Shown here: positions 36,052 to 47,980 of the stretch, piece after piece
Layout of the letters: each line of letters opens with the position of its first letter
Position numbering within the stretch: the first letter of the stretch is position 1
Source: Octopus sinensis
Lineage: Eukaryota
DNA: 64,000 nt
Assembly: GCF_006345805.1 (NCBI RefSeq)
Contig: NC_043023.1
Span: forward strand, 5,270,001 to 5,334,000
Direction of reading: 5' to 3'
The notes under the pieces: model-generated
Databases searched by the model: none
What the model was told of the DNA's origin: nothing
What the model saw: the letters and a program-made list of their open reading frames with translations, nothing else
Program-made: the position numbers and the translations under genes

Positions 36052-36339
36052 TAACCAAAATGAAGTAAATGCTATATTATCATATAAAGATTGTTATTTT
36101 AGATTAATGCTTCCATTTTTTAGCACCATCATTTTGTTCACTTATTAAGTTAGCATTAGTGAAAAAATGACTTTCTTTATTAAAGGGAAAATATAACTCT
36201 TATTTCAAAATACGTTTTACAGAAAAAGTTCTTAGAAAATAAATTTATGAATAAAGACACATTTTTATCTTCATGCTAGCAATATAGATATAAACTTATA
36301 AGCAAGAGGGCATTTTGCTCCAAAACCTAATATGAGAGT

Positions 36340-36815
36340 TTCTCTCATGGTATCAACTGCAGTATAGTGTGTTCTAACTGGGCTGAGGGAATTGTCTGAC
36401 AGCTATGACTGGGTTCTGCTCCTTGTGTGACATGGTGCAGAATCCTGTTGTCAGACATAGGGTCTCCCAGCAGCCACCCTCTTGACCCTGGGAAGCACTA
36501 CTTCCTCCAGGCACTTGATGTATGCCTCCGTGTTGAATGTGAGGCCGTGTGAGAAGATGAATGGAGGCATAATGTCACTATCACTAGTGATCACTCCAAG
36601 CACCATGATATTGACTTGATGTTTGATTTTTATCATTTTCGGTACATGTCCTCAGATTGCACTGTCCTTAGATTGACACCCAAACACTCTGAAATGTTTG
36701 TATTGGAGCTTCCAGCACAAATGCCATGCAGTGTAGCATGTCATTTCCAAATTTCTGGCAGAGTGAATTGTGTCATGGTGCTGTTTTTCTCACAGATGGT
36801 GCCCAACTGACCTTA
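36340..36815 (-). mobile_element. DD37D/maT-like transposase fragment
   Basis: KHQVNIMVLGVITSDSDIMPPFIFSHGLTFNTEAYIKCLEEVVLPRVKRVAAGRPYV*QQDSAPCH. Confidence 0.8.
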
Positions 36816-36982
36816 CAATACTATGTAATGGGCAAAATCAAAAACAAACTATATGCATGTTCAAAATTAAAAGTATAACAAGGTGACAATTTACCCATCG
36901 TACTCTGTGTGTGTGTGAGTGTTTGCGTGTGTGTGTGTGTGTGTGTGTGTGTGAGTGTGTGTATGTGAGCATGTATGTGTGT

Positions 36983-37046
<64 letters not shown>

Positions 37047-37428
37047 TGCTGTGTGGTAAGTAGCTTGCTAACCAACCACATGGTTCTGGGTTCAGTCCCA
37101 CTGCGTGGCATCTTGGCAAGTGTCTTCTGCTATAGCCCCGGGCCGACCAATGCCTTGTGAGTTGATTTGGTAGACGGAACTGAAAGAAGCCTGTCGTATA
37201 TATGTATATATATATTGTGTGGTGTGTTTGTGTTCTCTGTTTGTCCCCCTAGCATTGCTTGACAACCGATGCTGGTGGTGTTTATGTCCACGTCACTTAG
37301 CGGTTCGGCAAAAGAGACCGATAAAATAAGTACTGGGCTTACAAAGTATAAGTCCCGGGGTCGATTTACTCAACTAAAGGCGGTGCTCCAGCATGGCCAC
37401 AGTCAAATGACTGAAACAAGTAAAAGAG

Positions 37429-37463
<35 letters not shown>

Positions 37464-37720
37464 CGTAACGCGGAGTAGACAAAACAGGGGACAACTGAAG
37501 AAGGGGAATGTCCCTTGTGTTGTATGTCTTGTACTCTGTTTTTTCGTTGTTTGAAAAAAAAGTTCGTTTCCTTGATTTTGTTTTTATGTTTTCGTTTCTC
37601 ATTGTGTTCAACGTTTTTTTGGTGTCATGTACCCATATATGCATGTATATATACATCTAGATGTAGGTATGTACATATATGTATATATGCATATGTTTTA
37701 TATATTATGTTATTATATAT

Positions 37721-39186
37721 TTATCATTAATGTGAACACATATTCTTAATAATTGGTACGACTCTCTGTTTGTCTCTCTCTCTCTCTCATTTTTACTTTC
37801 TCTCTATTCATCTTCTCTTCCTCTGATCCTTTGGTCTAGTCTTCCACTACCCTCCTATTTCTTTGTCTCGCTCTGCACTCAAGGTCATTCTTCGACACCC
37901 ATCCCTTCTCCTCTCTGATTCCTTCTTTTCTCTCTTCTCTCTCTTTGTTGCGTTTTGTCCCCCTTTTCTCTCTCTCTTCTCTGTCACGTGACTGTTGGCC
38001 GAAATCTGCCTTTCAGCTCCTGACCCTCGTCGTGTTAACATCGTTGTTCTTCGTCCGCCGCTATAAAGGCTTTTTCCATGCGCCAGAGAAAAAATTTGTT
38101 TGCTTGTTATCAGTCGTATAAGACACTTGGTGTTCTCACCGTTATGCTTCTGTATTTCATGTTTCTGTATTCCATTGTGTTTTTTCTATATCTGTCCCTT
38201 TTGCTGTCCTGGTGTTCGTATGCATTCGATCCTTTTCCAGGAAATCTACGCTTCCAGTTAGTTTCTTGGAGGGGCCGGCCGTGATCTAGTAATCTCAAGA
38301 TTAATCAGCCGAAATTACTACGATGATCCGGGGTCTTGACTGAAGACTGAGGGGTTCGAATGTCCTGTCCATGTTATTGTATCGTCTTCTATGAGTTATA
38401 GTTTTGTCCATGTTGTATTTTTCTACATACCTTAACATATATTCCAGGCGCCCCGTACCCCCTTTATCATTAATGTGAACACATATTCTTAATAATTGGT
38501 ACGACTCTCTGTTTGTCTTCTCTTCTCTCTCATTTTTACTTTCTCTCTATTCATCTTCTCTTTCCTCTGATCCTTGGTCTAGTCTTCCCTACCCTCCTAT
38601 TTCTTTGTCTCGCTCTGCACTCACAGGTCATTCTTCGACACCCATCCCTCTCTCCTCTGATTCCTTCTTTCTCTCTCTTCTCTCTCTTTGTTGCGTTTTG
38701 TCCCCCTTTTCTCTCTCTCTCTTCTCTGTCACGTGACTGTTGGCCGAAATCTGCCTTCAGCTCCTGAACCCTCGGCGTCGTGTTAACATCGTTGTTCTTC
38801 GTCCGCCGCTATAAAGGCTTTTTCCAATGCGCCAGAGAAAAAAATTGTTTGCTTGTTATCAGTCGTAAGACACTTGTTGTTCTCACCGTTAATGCTTCTG
38901 TATTTCATGTTTCTGTATTCCATTATTGTTTTTTCTATATTGTCCCTTTTGCTGTCCTGGTGTTCGTATGCATTCGATCTTCTTCCAGGAAATCTACGCT
39001 TCCAGCTTAGTTTTTCTTGGAGGCTGGCCGTGATCTAGTAATCTCAAGATTAATCAGCCGAAATTACTACGATGATCCGGTTCTTGACTGAAGACTGAGG
39101 GGTTCGAATGTCCTGGTCCATGTTTATTGTATCGTCTTCTATGAGTTATACTTTCTTGTCCATGTTGTTTTTCTACATACCTTAAT
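37721..39186 (+). repeat. 743-bp direct tandem duplication (about 2 copies) in (TA)n, CpG-rich
   Basis: ttatcattaatgtgaacac at 37721 and 38464. The copies differ mostly by single-base indels. Confidence 0.9.
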
Positions 39187-41604
39187 ATATATATATATGT
39201 ATGTATGTACATACATATATGACAGGCTGCTTTCAGTTTACCAACTCCACTCACAAAGCTTTGGTTGGCCCAAGGCTATGGTAGAAGAGACTTACCTAAG
39301 GTGCCTTGCATGGGTCTGAACATGGGAACTTTTGGTTGGGAAACAAACTTCTTACTACACTGCCACGCCTACTATTAAGTGGTTAGCATACATATACATG
39401 TACTCACATACATGCACATTCATATATACATACAAGCATATGCACATGTATACATGTTGTGTACAGGCGTCTGTATATACATATATAATATATATATATA
39501 TATATATGTAATATATAATATATATATATATATATATGTATATAGATATATATATATATATATATAATATATATATATAATATACATATATATATATATA
39601 TATATAATATGACTGAATGTGTGTGTATGCATAAAATTCACACACAAACCACATACATGCACACACACACACACACATGTATGCAAATATGAACATGTTT
39701 ACTCTTAAATATATATAGCCATATGCATAATTAGACCAACATTCCACAAAGCAGACACTGTTGCCGGGTGTGTCCGTGGCAACAGATATTGTACAATGCG
39801 TTGCTTCCATTGAACACAGAGAATTTTTACAAACCATTCTTTAAAATTTTGGCACGAGAAGGACGAAGGAACTGAAGCTGTTGTTTCATGCTTTTTCTAC
39901 AGACATTCTGGCACAGATTCAGTGAAGTTTGCTTTGTTATTGTTGCTGTTGTGGCTGCTGTTGTTGTTAATAACGATGTTATTGTTTCTGTTGTTCTTGT
40001 TGATGATGATGATAACGATGATGATAATGATCTTGGTAGTATTGTTGCAGCTATTGTTATTTAGCCCCAGGCCAATCCTGATCCAGACAAACCCTTCATT
40101 GAAAATGTTCTAGTTGCAGCTATAGCAGTTTTTATTCAGACACAGTGTATCTAGAACTACATTTTCCAATGTATAGTATATACATTGTATATAGCTAATA
40201 TTAGTGGGTATAGTAGTTGTTGTTGTTGTTGTTGTTGTTGTTTAACCTCAGGTCAGTCCTCACCCAGCAGATCTATGATCAAAGATGTTCCATCTCTGAC
40301 CTTTTCAACTTTTATTCAGATATTTAGGCACAGGAGTGGCTGTGTGGTAAGTAGATTGCTTACCAACCACATGGTTCCGGGTTCAGTCCCACTGCATGGC
40401 ACCTTGGGCAAGTGTCTTCTACTGTAGCCTTGGGCTGACCAAAGCCTTGTGAGTGGATTTGGTAGACAGAAACTGAAAGAAGCTCATTGTATATATGTGT
40501 ATATATATATGTGTGTTTGTGTGTATGTTTATTTGTCTGTGTTTGTCCCCTCAACATCGCTAGACAACCGATGCTGGTGTGTTTACATCCCCGTAACTTA
40601 GTGGTTCGTCAAAAGAGACCGATAGAATAAATACTAGGCTTACAAAGAATAAGTCCTAGGGTCGATTTGCTCGACTAAAGGTGGTGCTCCAGCATGGCCA
40701 CAGTCAAATGACTGAAACAAGTAAAAGAGTAAAACAGTATACACAGTGTATCCAAGTCTATATGGTCTAATGTATAGTATTAGTTAGTTTTCGTAGCTAT
40801 AGTTGTTGATTACCCCAAGTCTGTAAAGCTCCAGCTGACCTGTGTCCAAAGACGTTCCAGCTGTGACTATCCCAACTTTTATTCATTTAAAAACATAATT
40901 TTGATCAAGTTTCAGTTTAGGTATTCCATACCTCATAGAAAATGAAAAAGTTACTGAAATGTTGGCTGAGGGAAATGCAAACAGAAAACTGAAATTTTCG
41001 AAATTTCTGATTTGTAGTAAATGCAACCAACTCCGAATGAGAAGGAACATGAAATTCAAGTTTCTTATTTCTTTATTGCCCACAAGGGGCTAAACATAGA
41101 GGGAACAAACAAGGACAGACAAACGGATTAAGACGATTACATCGACTGCAGTGCGTAACTGGTACTTAATTTATTGACCTCGAAAGGATGGAAGGCAAAG
41201 TTGACCTTAGCAGAACTTGAACTCAGAACATAAGAGCAGATGAAATACTGCTAAGCATTTCGCCCAGCGTACTAACGTTTCTGCCAGCTCGCCGAATTCC
41301 AAGTTACTAGACGGGTAGTACCAGTTGTAGTTATTTTTCAGTATTATACTTTTTGCTGTTTGAAACACAAGAATACTTTTAAAAGAATTTACTTTCAAAT
41401 TTTGGCACAAGGCCAGCAAGTTTGAGGGAAGGAGTAAGTCAATAACATCAATTCTAGTCCTTGATTAGTACTTATTTTATTGATACCCCACCCCCCAAAG
41501 GATGAATGACATAGTCCACCTTGCAGAATTTGAACTCTGAATGTAAAGATGGATTGCCTGGCATGTTAATGATTCTGTGGCCCTACTTTAAAAAAAATAT
41601 CATA

Positions 41605-42022
41605 GGTGTAGGAGTGGCTGTGTGGTAAGTAGCTTGCTTACCAACCACATGGTTCCGGGTTCAGTCCCACTGCGTGGCACTTTGGGCAAGTGTCTTCTAC
41701 TATAGCCTTGGGTTGACCAAAGCCTTGTGAGTGGATTTGGTAGACGGAAACTGAAAGAAGCCCGTCGTATATATGTATATATATGTATATGTGTGTGTGC
41801 GTGTATGTTTGTGTTTGTCCCCCTAGCATTGCTTGACAACCGATGCTGGTGTGTTTATGTCCCCGCCACTTAGCGGTTCGGCAAAAGAGACCAATAGAAT
41901 AAGTACTGGGCTTACAAAGAATAAGTCCTGGGGTTGAGTTGCTTGATTAAAGGCGGTGCTCCAGCATGGCTGCAGTCAAATGACTGAAACAAGTAAAAGA
42001 GTAAAGGAGAGAGAGTAAAGAG
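41605..42022 (+). mobile_element. SINE family A, full-length (others + 37044-37430, 40327-40737, 42105-42700, 43878-44287, 51195-51600, 21006-21410, 23895-24270; - 20575-20939, 21800-22155)
   Basis: Same head, internal microsatellite and tail as 4231-4640. Confidence 0.9.
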
Positions 42023-42094
42023 TCCTCGATAGTATAGTGATAAATATCCCCGCCTGTCATGCGGGAGACCTGGGTTCGATTTCCCACCGGGGAG
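42023..42094 (+). pseudogene. tRNA-Asp(GTC) pseudogene
   Basis: 72-nt match to the metazoan tRNA-Asp cloverleaf with an intact anticodon stem (cccgc/gcggg, loop ctgtcat). The D-loop GG is lost, there are mismatches in the T and acceptor stems, and no T-run terminator follows directly. Confidence 0.8.
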
Positions 42095-42296
42095 GCCAAT
42101 GTTTCACGGCTGCAGGAGTGGCTGTGTGGTAAGTAGCTTGCTACCCAACCACATGGTTCCAGGTTCAGTCCCACTGCGTGGCAAGGGCAAGTGTCTTCTA
42201 CTATAGCCTTGGGCCAACCAAAGCCTTGTGAGTGGATTTGGTAGACAGAAACTGAAAGAAGCCCATCACATATATATATATATGTATATATATATA

Positions 42297-42497
42297 GTTA
42301 ATCCAAACAAGAAAGCACAAAAAAACACAACAACGCGAGGACGTGGAACAAATATAGTATTATTGGACACTCAGGAAAGAAGGAAGAGGAGGATGTTCCG
42401 TTTTCGAGCAGAGCTCTTCGTCGGAAACATAGGAGAAGGAAAAATCCAGAGAAGGAAAGACAGAGGAAAAAAATCGCCAACTGTACACATGAGGTCA
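42297..42497 (-). mobile_element. ~200-bp insert with a degenerate minimal hammerhead-like motif (42393-42430), probably a Penelope pLTR derivative
   Basis: Minus strand reads ATGTTT-CCGACGA-A-GAGC-TCT-GCTC-GAAA-ACG-GAACAT. It sits in the microsatellite of a SINE A copy. Confidence 0.55.
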
Positions 42498-42699
42498 CGT
42501 GTGTGTGTGTGTATGTATATGTTTGTGTGTCTGTGTTTGTCCCACCAACATCGCTTGACAACTGATGCTGGTGTGTTTACGTCCCCTAACTTAGCAGTTC
42601 GGCAAGAGAGACGATAGACTAAGTACTAGGCTTGCAAAGAATAAGTCTTGGGGTCGATTTGCTCGACTAAACACGGTGCTCCAGCATGGGCACAGTCCA

Positions 42700-43484
42700 C
42701 AACCGCTGCCGCCGCCGCCACCACTGCTGCTGCCACCACCATCACCACCACCACACCATTGTCGCCACTGCCACCACAGCCACCACCACCATCACCACCA
42801 CCACCACAACCACCACCACCATCATAACAACCACCATCACTACAACCACCACTACCACCACCACAACTATGATTACAATCAGCACTGCGACAACTACAAC
42901 CATCACAACTACCACCACTATCACAACCACCATCATCAGCATCACAACCACCATTATAACCACAACCATTACAACCAGCAATACTACCACTATCACCAGA
43001 ACCACCACCATATACTACTACTAACATGACCGTGACCGCCACGCCCACCACAACCTCCAGCTCCACCACAATTACTATGACTACTATTACCATGACTATC
43101 ACCACGCCCAACACCACCTCCAACACCTCCTTCAATACCACCACTACTACCATCACAACTACAACCATCACTACACCCATCACCACCTCCAACACCACCG
43201 AAACTATCACCACAGCTATGGCCACCATCATCACAACCATCACCACCACAACTACAACCATTACTACAACCATTACTACAACCATCAGTGCCTCCAACAC
43301 CACCAGAACTACAACCATCACTGCCACAACTACGACCATCATCATCACAACCACCACCACCACCACCACAACAACCACAAACACCACCTCCAACACTACC
43401 ACAACTACAGCCACCGCAAATTCCACCACCACCACCACCATCACCACCACCACTACACTTAGAACCAGCAACAACAATAATGCA
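42700..43484. repeat. Degenerate (ACC/ACT/ACA)n low-complexity tract running into the gap
   Basis: Trinucleotide composition. It produces the poly-Thr, poly-His and poly-Val ORFs. Confidence 0.9.
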
Positions 43485-43584
43485 NNNNNNNNNNNNNNNN
43501 NNNNNNNNNNNNNNNNNNNNNNNNNNNNNNNNNNNNNNNNNNNNNNNNNNNNNNNNNNNNNNNNNNNNNNNNNNNNNNNNNNNN
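43485..43584. other. Assembly gap (100 N)
   Basis: Exactly 100 N, typical of a placeholder for a gap of unknown size. Confidence 1.
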
Positions 43585-45376
43585 ACACTAGAAGATATGT
43601 ATTTCTCATCTGTGTATATACATATCTGTTTCTTGTTTCAATCATTAGACTGTGGCCATGCTGCAGCACCACCTTGAAGAATTTTTAGTGCAAGGAATTC
43701 AGCCCAGGGCATATTTTTTAAAGCCCGGTACTAGTTCTGTCAGTCTCCTTTGCTGAAGCACGATGTTACAAGGATGTAAATGAACTGACATTGGTTGTCA
43801 AGTGGTCACGGCAGGGGACAATTACAGATACAAAGACACACACACATAGATATATCCATACATAATATATATATATAGGTGCAGGAGTGGCTGTGTGGTA
43901 AGCAGCTTGTTTACCAACCACATGGTTCCGGGTTCAGTCCCACTGCGTGGCACCTTGGGCAAGTGTCTTCTACTATAGCCTCGGGCCAACCAAAGCTTTG
44001 TGAGTGGATATGGTAGACGGAAACTGAAAGAAGCCTGTCGTATATATATATATATGTATATATATATGTGTGTGTGTGTGTGTGTTTGTGTGTCTGTGTT
44101 TGTCTCCCCAACATCGCTTGACAACCGATGCTGGTGTGTTTACGTCCCCGTTACTTAGCGGTTCGGCAAAAGAGACCGATAGGATAAGTACTAGGCTTAC
44201 AAAGAATAAGTCCTGGGGTTGTTTGCTCGACTAAAAGGCAGTGCTCCAGCATGGCCACAGTCAAATGACTGAAAGAAGTAAAAGAGTATATATATATGTA
44301 TACATTGATCTTATACGATGGGCTTCTTTCAGTTTCCATCCACTAGATCCACTCACATCTTTGGAATATCATAGCTATAAGATAATACATGATCAATTCC
44401 ATGTGTATAAAATGTATAAAATAAGCATTACATTTGACAGGGGTAACCTGAATACTAAAGGGTCAATTCAGCAAAGTGGGTCTACTGAGGGAGAAATAAA
44501 GAAAATAAAAAAAACTACAACTACAACAACCACCACACAACAACTTCACCTTCTTTGCTACCATCACAACCACCACCATTCTGATAATAATACTTCTAAT
44601 TTTAACCAAATTCCTAAATTCATTAGATAAGCAGTATGATAGTACCCCCTCCGCTACACCCACCCACCCTCCACAACCCTTCCACTACCACTACGACTGC
44701 AACTACCATCAACCCCACCACCGTATGGCCTGTACTTAGTCAGTTGCCCAAGATGAAATAGCAGCTAGAATTCTCTTCAAGCCACACTTTACTGAAATGA
44801 ACAGCATCCTGGTATTGCGGCATCTTCAATGTTATCAGATAAAGAATTAGACAGTAAGCTTTGTACGCTACGCCCACATATACACACAAATTATCAGTGG
44901 CACCAGTAAAATCAGTGCTCAAAACCACCACTGCTACAACAACCACTATCACAATCAGCTCACTATTTCTCAAAGATTTTATCTTTACTCAAACTGAAGC
45001 AACTAAAATTAACAATAAACCTTTCTACTAAAGGCACAAGGCCTGAAATTTGCAGGGAGAGGGCAAGTCGATTACATCAACCCCAGTGTTTCACTGGTAC
45101 TTAATTTATGAACCCTGAAAGGCTGAAAGGCAAGGTTGACCTCAGTAAAATTTGAACTTAGAATGTGAAGATGGACGAGGTGCCACTAAGCATTTTGCCC
45201 GGTGTGCCATCATTTCTGCCATCTTGCCCCCTTTATAATAATAGTAACTCTGATTTATATTGCTCCCATATTTGTGGGTTACTTTACTTAATATAACATA
45301 TATATATATATGTATATATATATATAATATATATATATAATATTTGTGGGTTACTTTACTTAATATAATACATATG

Positions 45377-45415
<39 letters not shown>

Positions 45416-45482
45416 TATATATTTGTGGGTTACTTTCCTTCATATATCATATATATATATATACATATAAATATATATATAC

Positions 45483-45524
<42 letters not shown>

Positions 45525-46135
45525 TATATATATATAGATATATATATTAATATATATATATACTACATACATATACATACATATATATAAATAACACACA
45601 TACATATATCTATTCCATTTGCAGTTCCTCATTTTTTTGCCCATAAGACAATTACCAGGTTGTTCAGTGCTACTTTATCATGCATAACTGTTGATTTATC
45701 TTCGCTGCCTCAAAAACTTTTCCCAAAATGCCACAAAGGAAAACACTGTTCTTCATTTTTTTTCCATGATTCACTCAGCAAGTATCAAGCAGACAGTTTT
45801 GTAATAGCATCGCTGCTATTTTGGTAAAGCAAGGCTCATGAGACAGGGTGGTAGGGGTAATTATTTTTGTTGGAAATAGAAAGTGGTTTGATTAAACAGT
45901 TTACTTTGCAATCGTTTTCTGCTGGCCTTGTTGCCACTGTGAAAGCATTTTGAGTCTGCTGTCTTCTTCCATATCTTCTTGGGTCATACAGAAGCCATTT
46001 GAAGGAAGCCTGCTAGATAGAAACTACACAAAAGCCCTTCCACACATCTGTCCTCTATCTGCCTCTCTCTCTCTCTATATATATATTATATATATGTATA
46101 TATATATATATATATATTATATATTTGTATGTATA

Positions 46136-46180
<45 letters not shown>

Positions 46181-46750
46181 GTTTTTTTTATTTGTTGTGT
46201 ATATATATATATATATATTATATATATAACACACAGAGTCTGATGATGCCTTAACTGACTGAAACTTTAAGGCACTGTGTTCCCATTTGGCTAAAATTTT
46301 TTAAAAACTGGGCATCTGCAAGTATATGATAGGATCTCAGACTGACAGCTCATAACTTTCTCTCTCTCACCCTCTCTCTCTCCCCCCTCTCTGTCTCTCT
46401 CCTTGACGAATCTTGAGACATATGCAGTTACATCCTTACATCATCATTTCATATCACATTTGTGAATAATTTTCTCCCTTAATCCCTTCCATTCTGTACT
46501 ATATTATTGTTATGTCCCCATTTCAACCCTTTGTATGCAATAAAAAAAAAATTCAATTATTAACCAACTGAATATCAATAAAATATAATACCAATCAATT
46601 TCTAGAGACAATATAATCACTGGTCCCCTTCCCTCAAATTTCTGTCCTTATTCCTGCATAAAATATTATTATTATTATTATTACTGTTATTGTTGTTGTT
46701 GTTATTACTATTATTATCATTTGTTTCTTTCCTTTCCAATCTTCTTACAG

Positions 46751-46907
46751 ACCTACTCAGGTCTCTTCTGTGTGGCTATCAATCCCTACAGACGTCTCCC
46801 CATTTATGGTCAAAACCTTGTTGACAAGTACAGGGGCAAAAGGAAAGCTGAAATGCCTCCCCATTTGTTCTCCGTTGCTGACAATGCCTACCAGTACATG
46901 TTGCAAG
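46751..46907 (+). CDS. Mhc: Muscle myosin II heavy chain exon: [52 protein letters not shown]
   Basis: Acceptor cttcttacag, donor gtaagc, 157 nt (phase 0-1). Clear myosin motor-domain motif. Confidence 0.97.
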
Positions 46908-47562
46908 GTAAGCTATGCCACTTTTGCTTTTCTAATGAATTTGAGCTTTTTATTTTGTCCAAGTCTCTGATTGACAAAGTGAATGTGATTTTACAATGAA
47001 AAATACATAACATTCTGTCTGCTTACTTTGAACAAAACAACAACAGTATTTGAACAAGTTATTCATCATTTGGCAGGCATACACCTTATTGATTATTTTT
47101 CTGAGAAACTGACCACTTTGCTCGGTTAAATTTGATGCTATCAATGTTTTACTGATATAAGCTAACACTTATCTCCACAAATATCTCACCTGTTTCACAT
47201 GGAATTTATAAGCCATTCAGATGCCCTGAACAGGTACAAATATTCCACTTCTAATATAGGGAAATGAAGTGTTATATTTCAACTTGATCTTCATGACAAG
47301 AATTGCCCTACAAGACCTAACATTGAATATGTTTTACATATATGGTGCACTACGCACCTGTACCATATGCAGGAATGGCACAGGTATGGTGGTGTGGTAA
47401 GAAGTTTGCTTCTTAACCACATGGTTCCACATTCAGCCCCACCATGTGGCACCTTGGGCAGGTGTCTTCTACTGTTGTCTTGGGCCAACCAAAGCCTTGT
47501 GAGTGTTTTTGGTAGATAGAATCTAAAAGAAGCCAATTGTACATGCATACATACATACATGT

Positions 47563-47605
<43 letters not shown>

Positions 47606-47952
47606 CCTTATACATTTTTACTGATCTCTTATATTGTTATAGTTACTCTTCTAGCAACAGTAAAGAAATTGTTATAATTCAGCTCAGTTGAGTCGAGTTC
47701 AAATTCCAACAAGGTCAACTTAGCAATACAATTCTCTGGAATCAATAAAATAAAGTACCAGTCATATACTGGGATAAATCAAACCTTAACCTGAAAATTT
47801 GTGTCCTTAGGGACATATCATAACATATGGTTATTCTAAGCAATCTTATGATATGTCTAAGCAATCTTATGATATGTCTTAGGGACATATCATAACATAT
47901 GGTCATTCTAAGCAATCTTATGAGTTTTCTTTTTCTTCTTTTCTACTCACAG

Positions 47953-47980
47953 ATCGTGAAAACCAGTCCATGTTGATCAC
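47953..47980 (+). CDS. Mhc: Myosin heavy chain 28-nt micro-exon: (D)RENQSMLI(T)
   Basis: Pyrimidine tract + cacag acceptor, donor gtgagt, phase 1-2. Matches the conserved DRENQS.LIT myosin-II exon. Confidence 0.96.

Noticed and set aside
42626-43688. Long Thr-, His- or Val-rich ORFs resembling mucin or membrane proteins
   Set aside because: They are translations of an (ACC)n-type tract that interrupts a SINE tail and runs into the N gap.
46231-46280. Hammerhead-like acacag-agt-CTGATGA-tgccttaa...ttaaggca-ctgtgt
   Set aside because: Stem I and stem II-like pairing are present, but GAAA lies inside the loop and there is no stem III or cleavage triplet.
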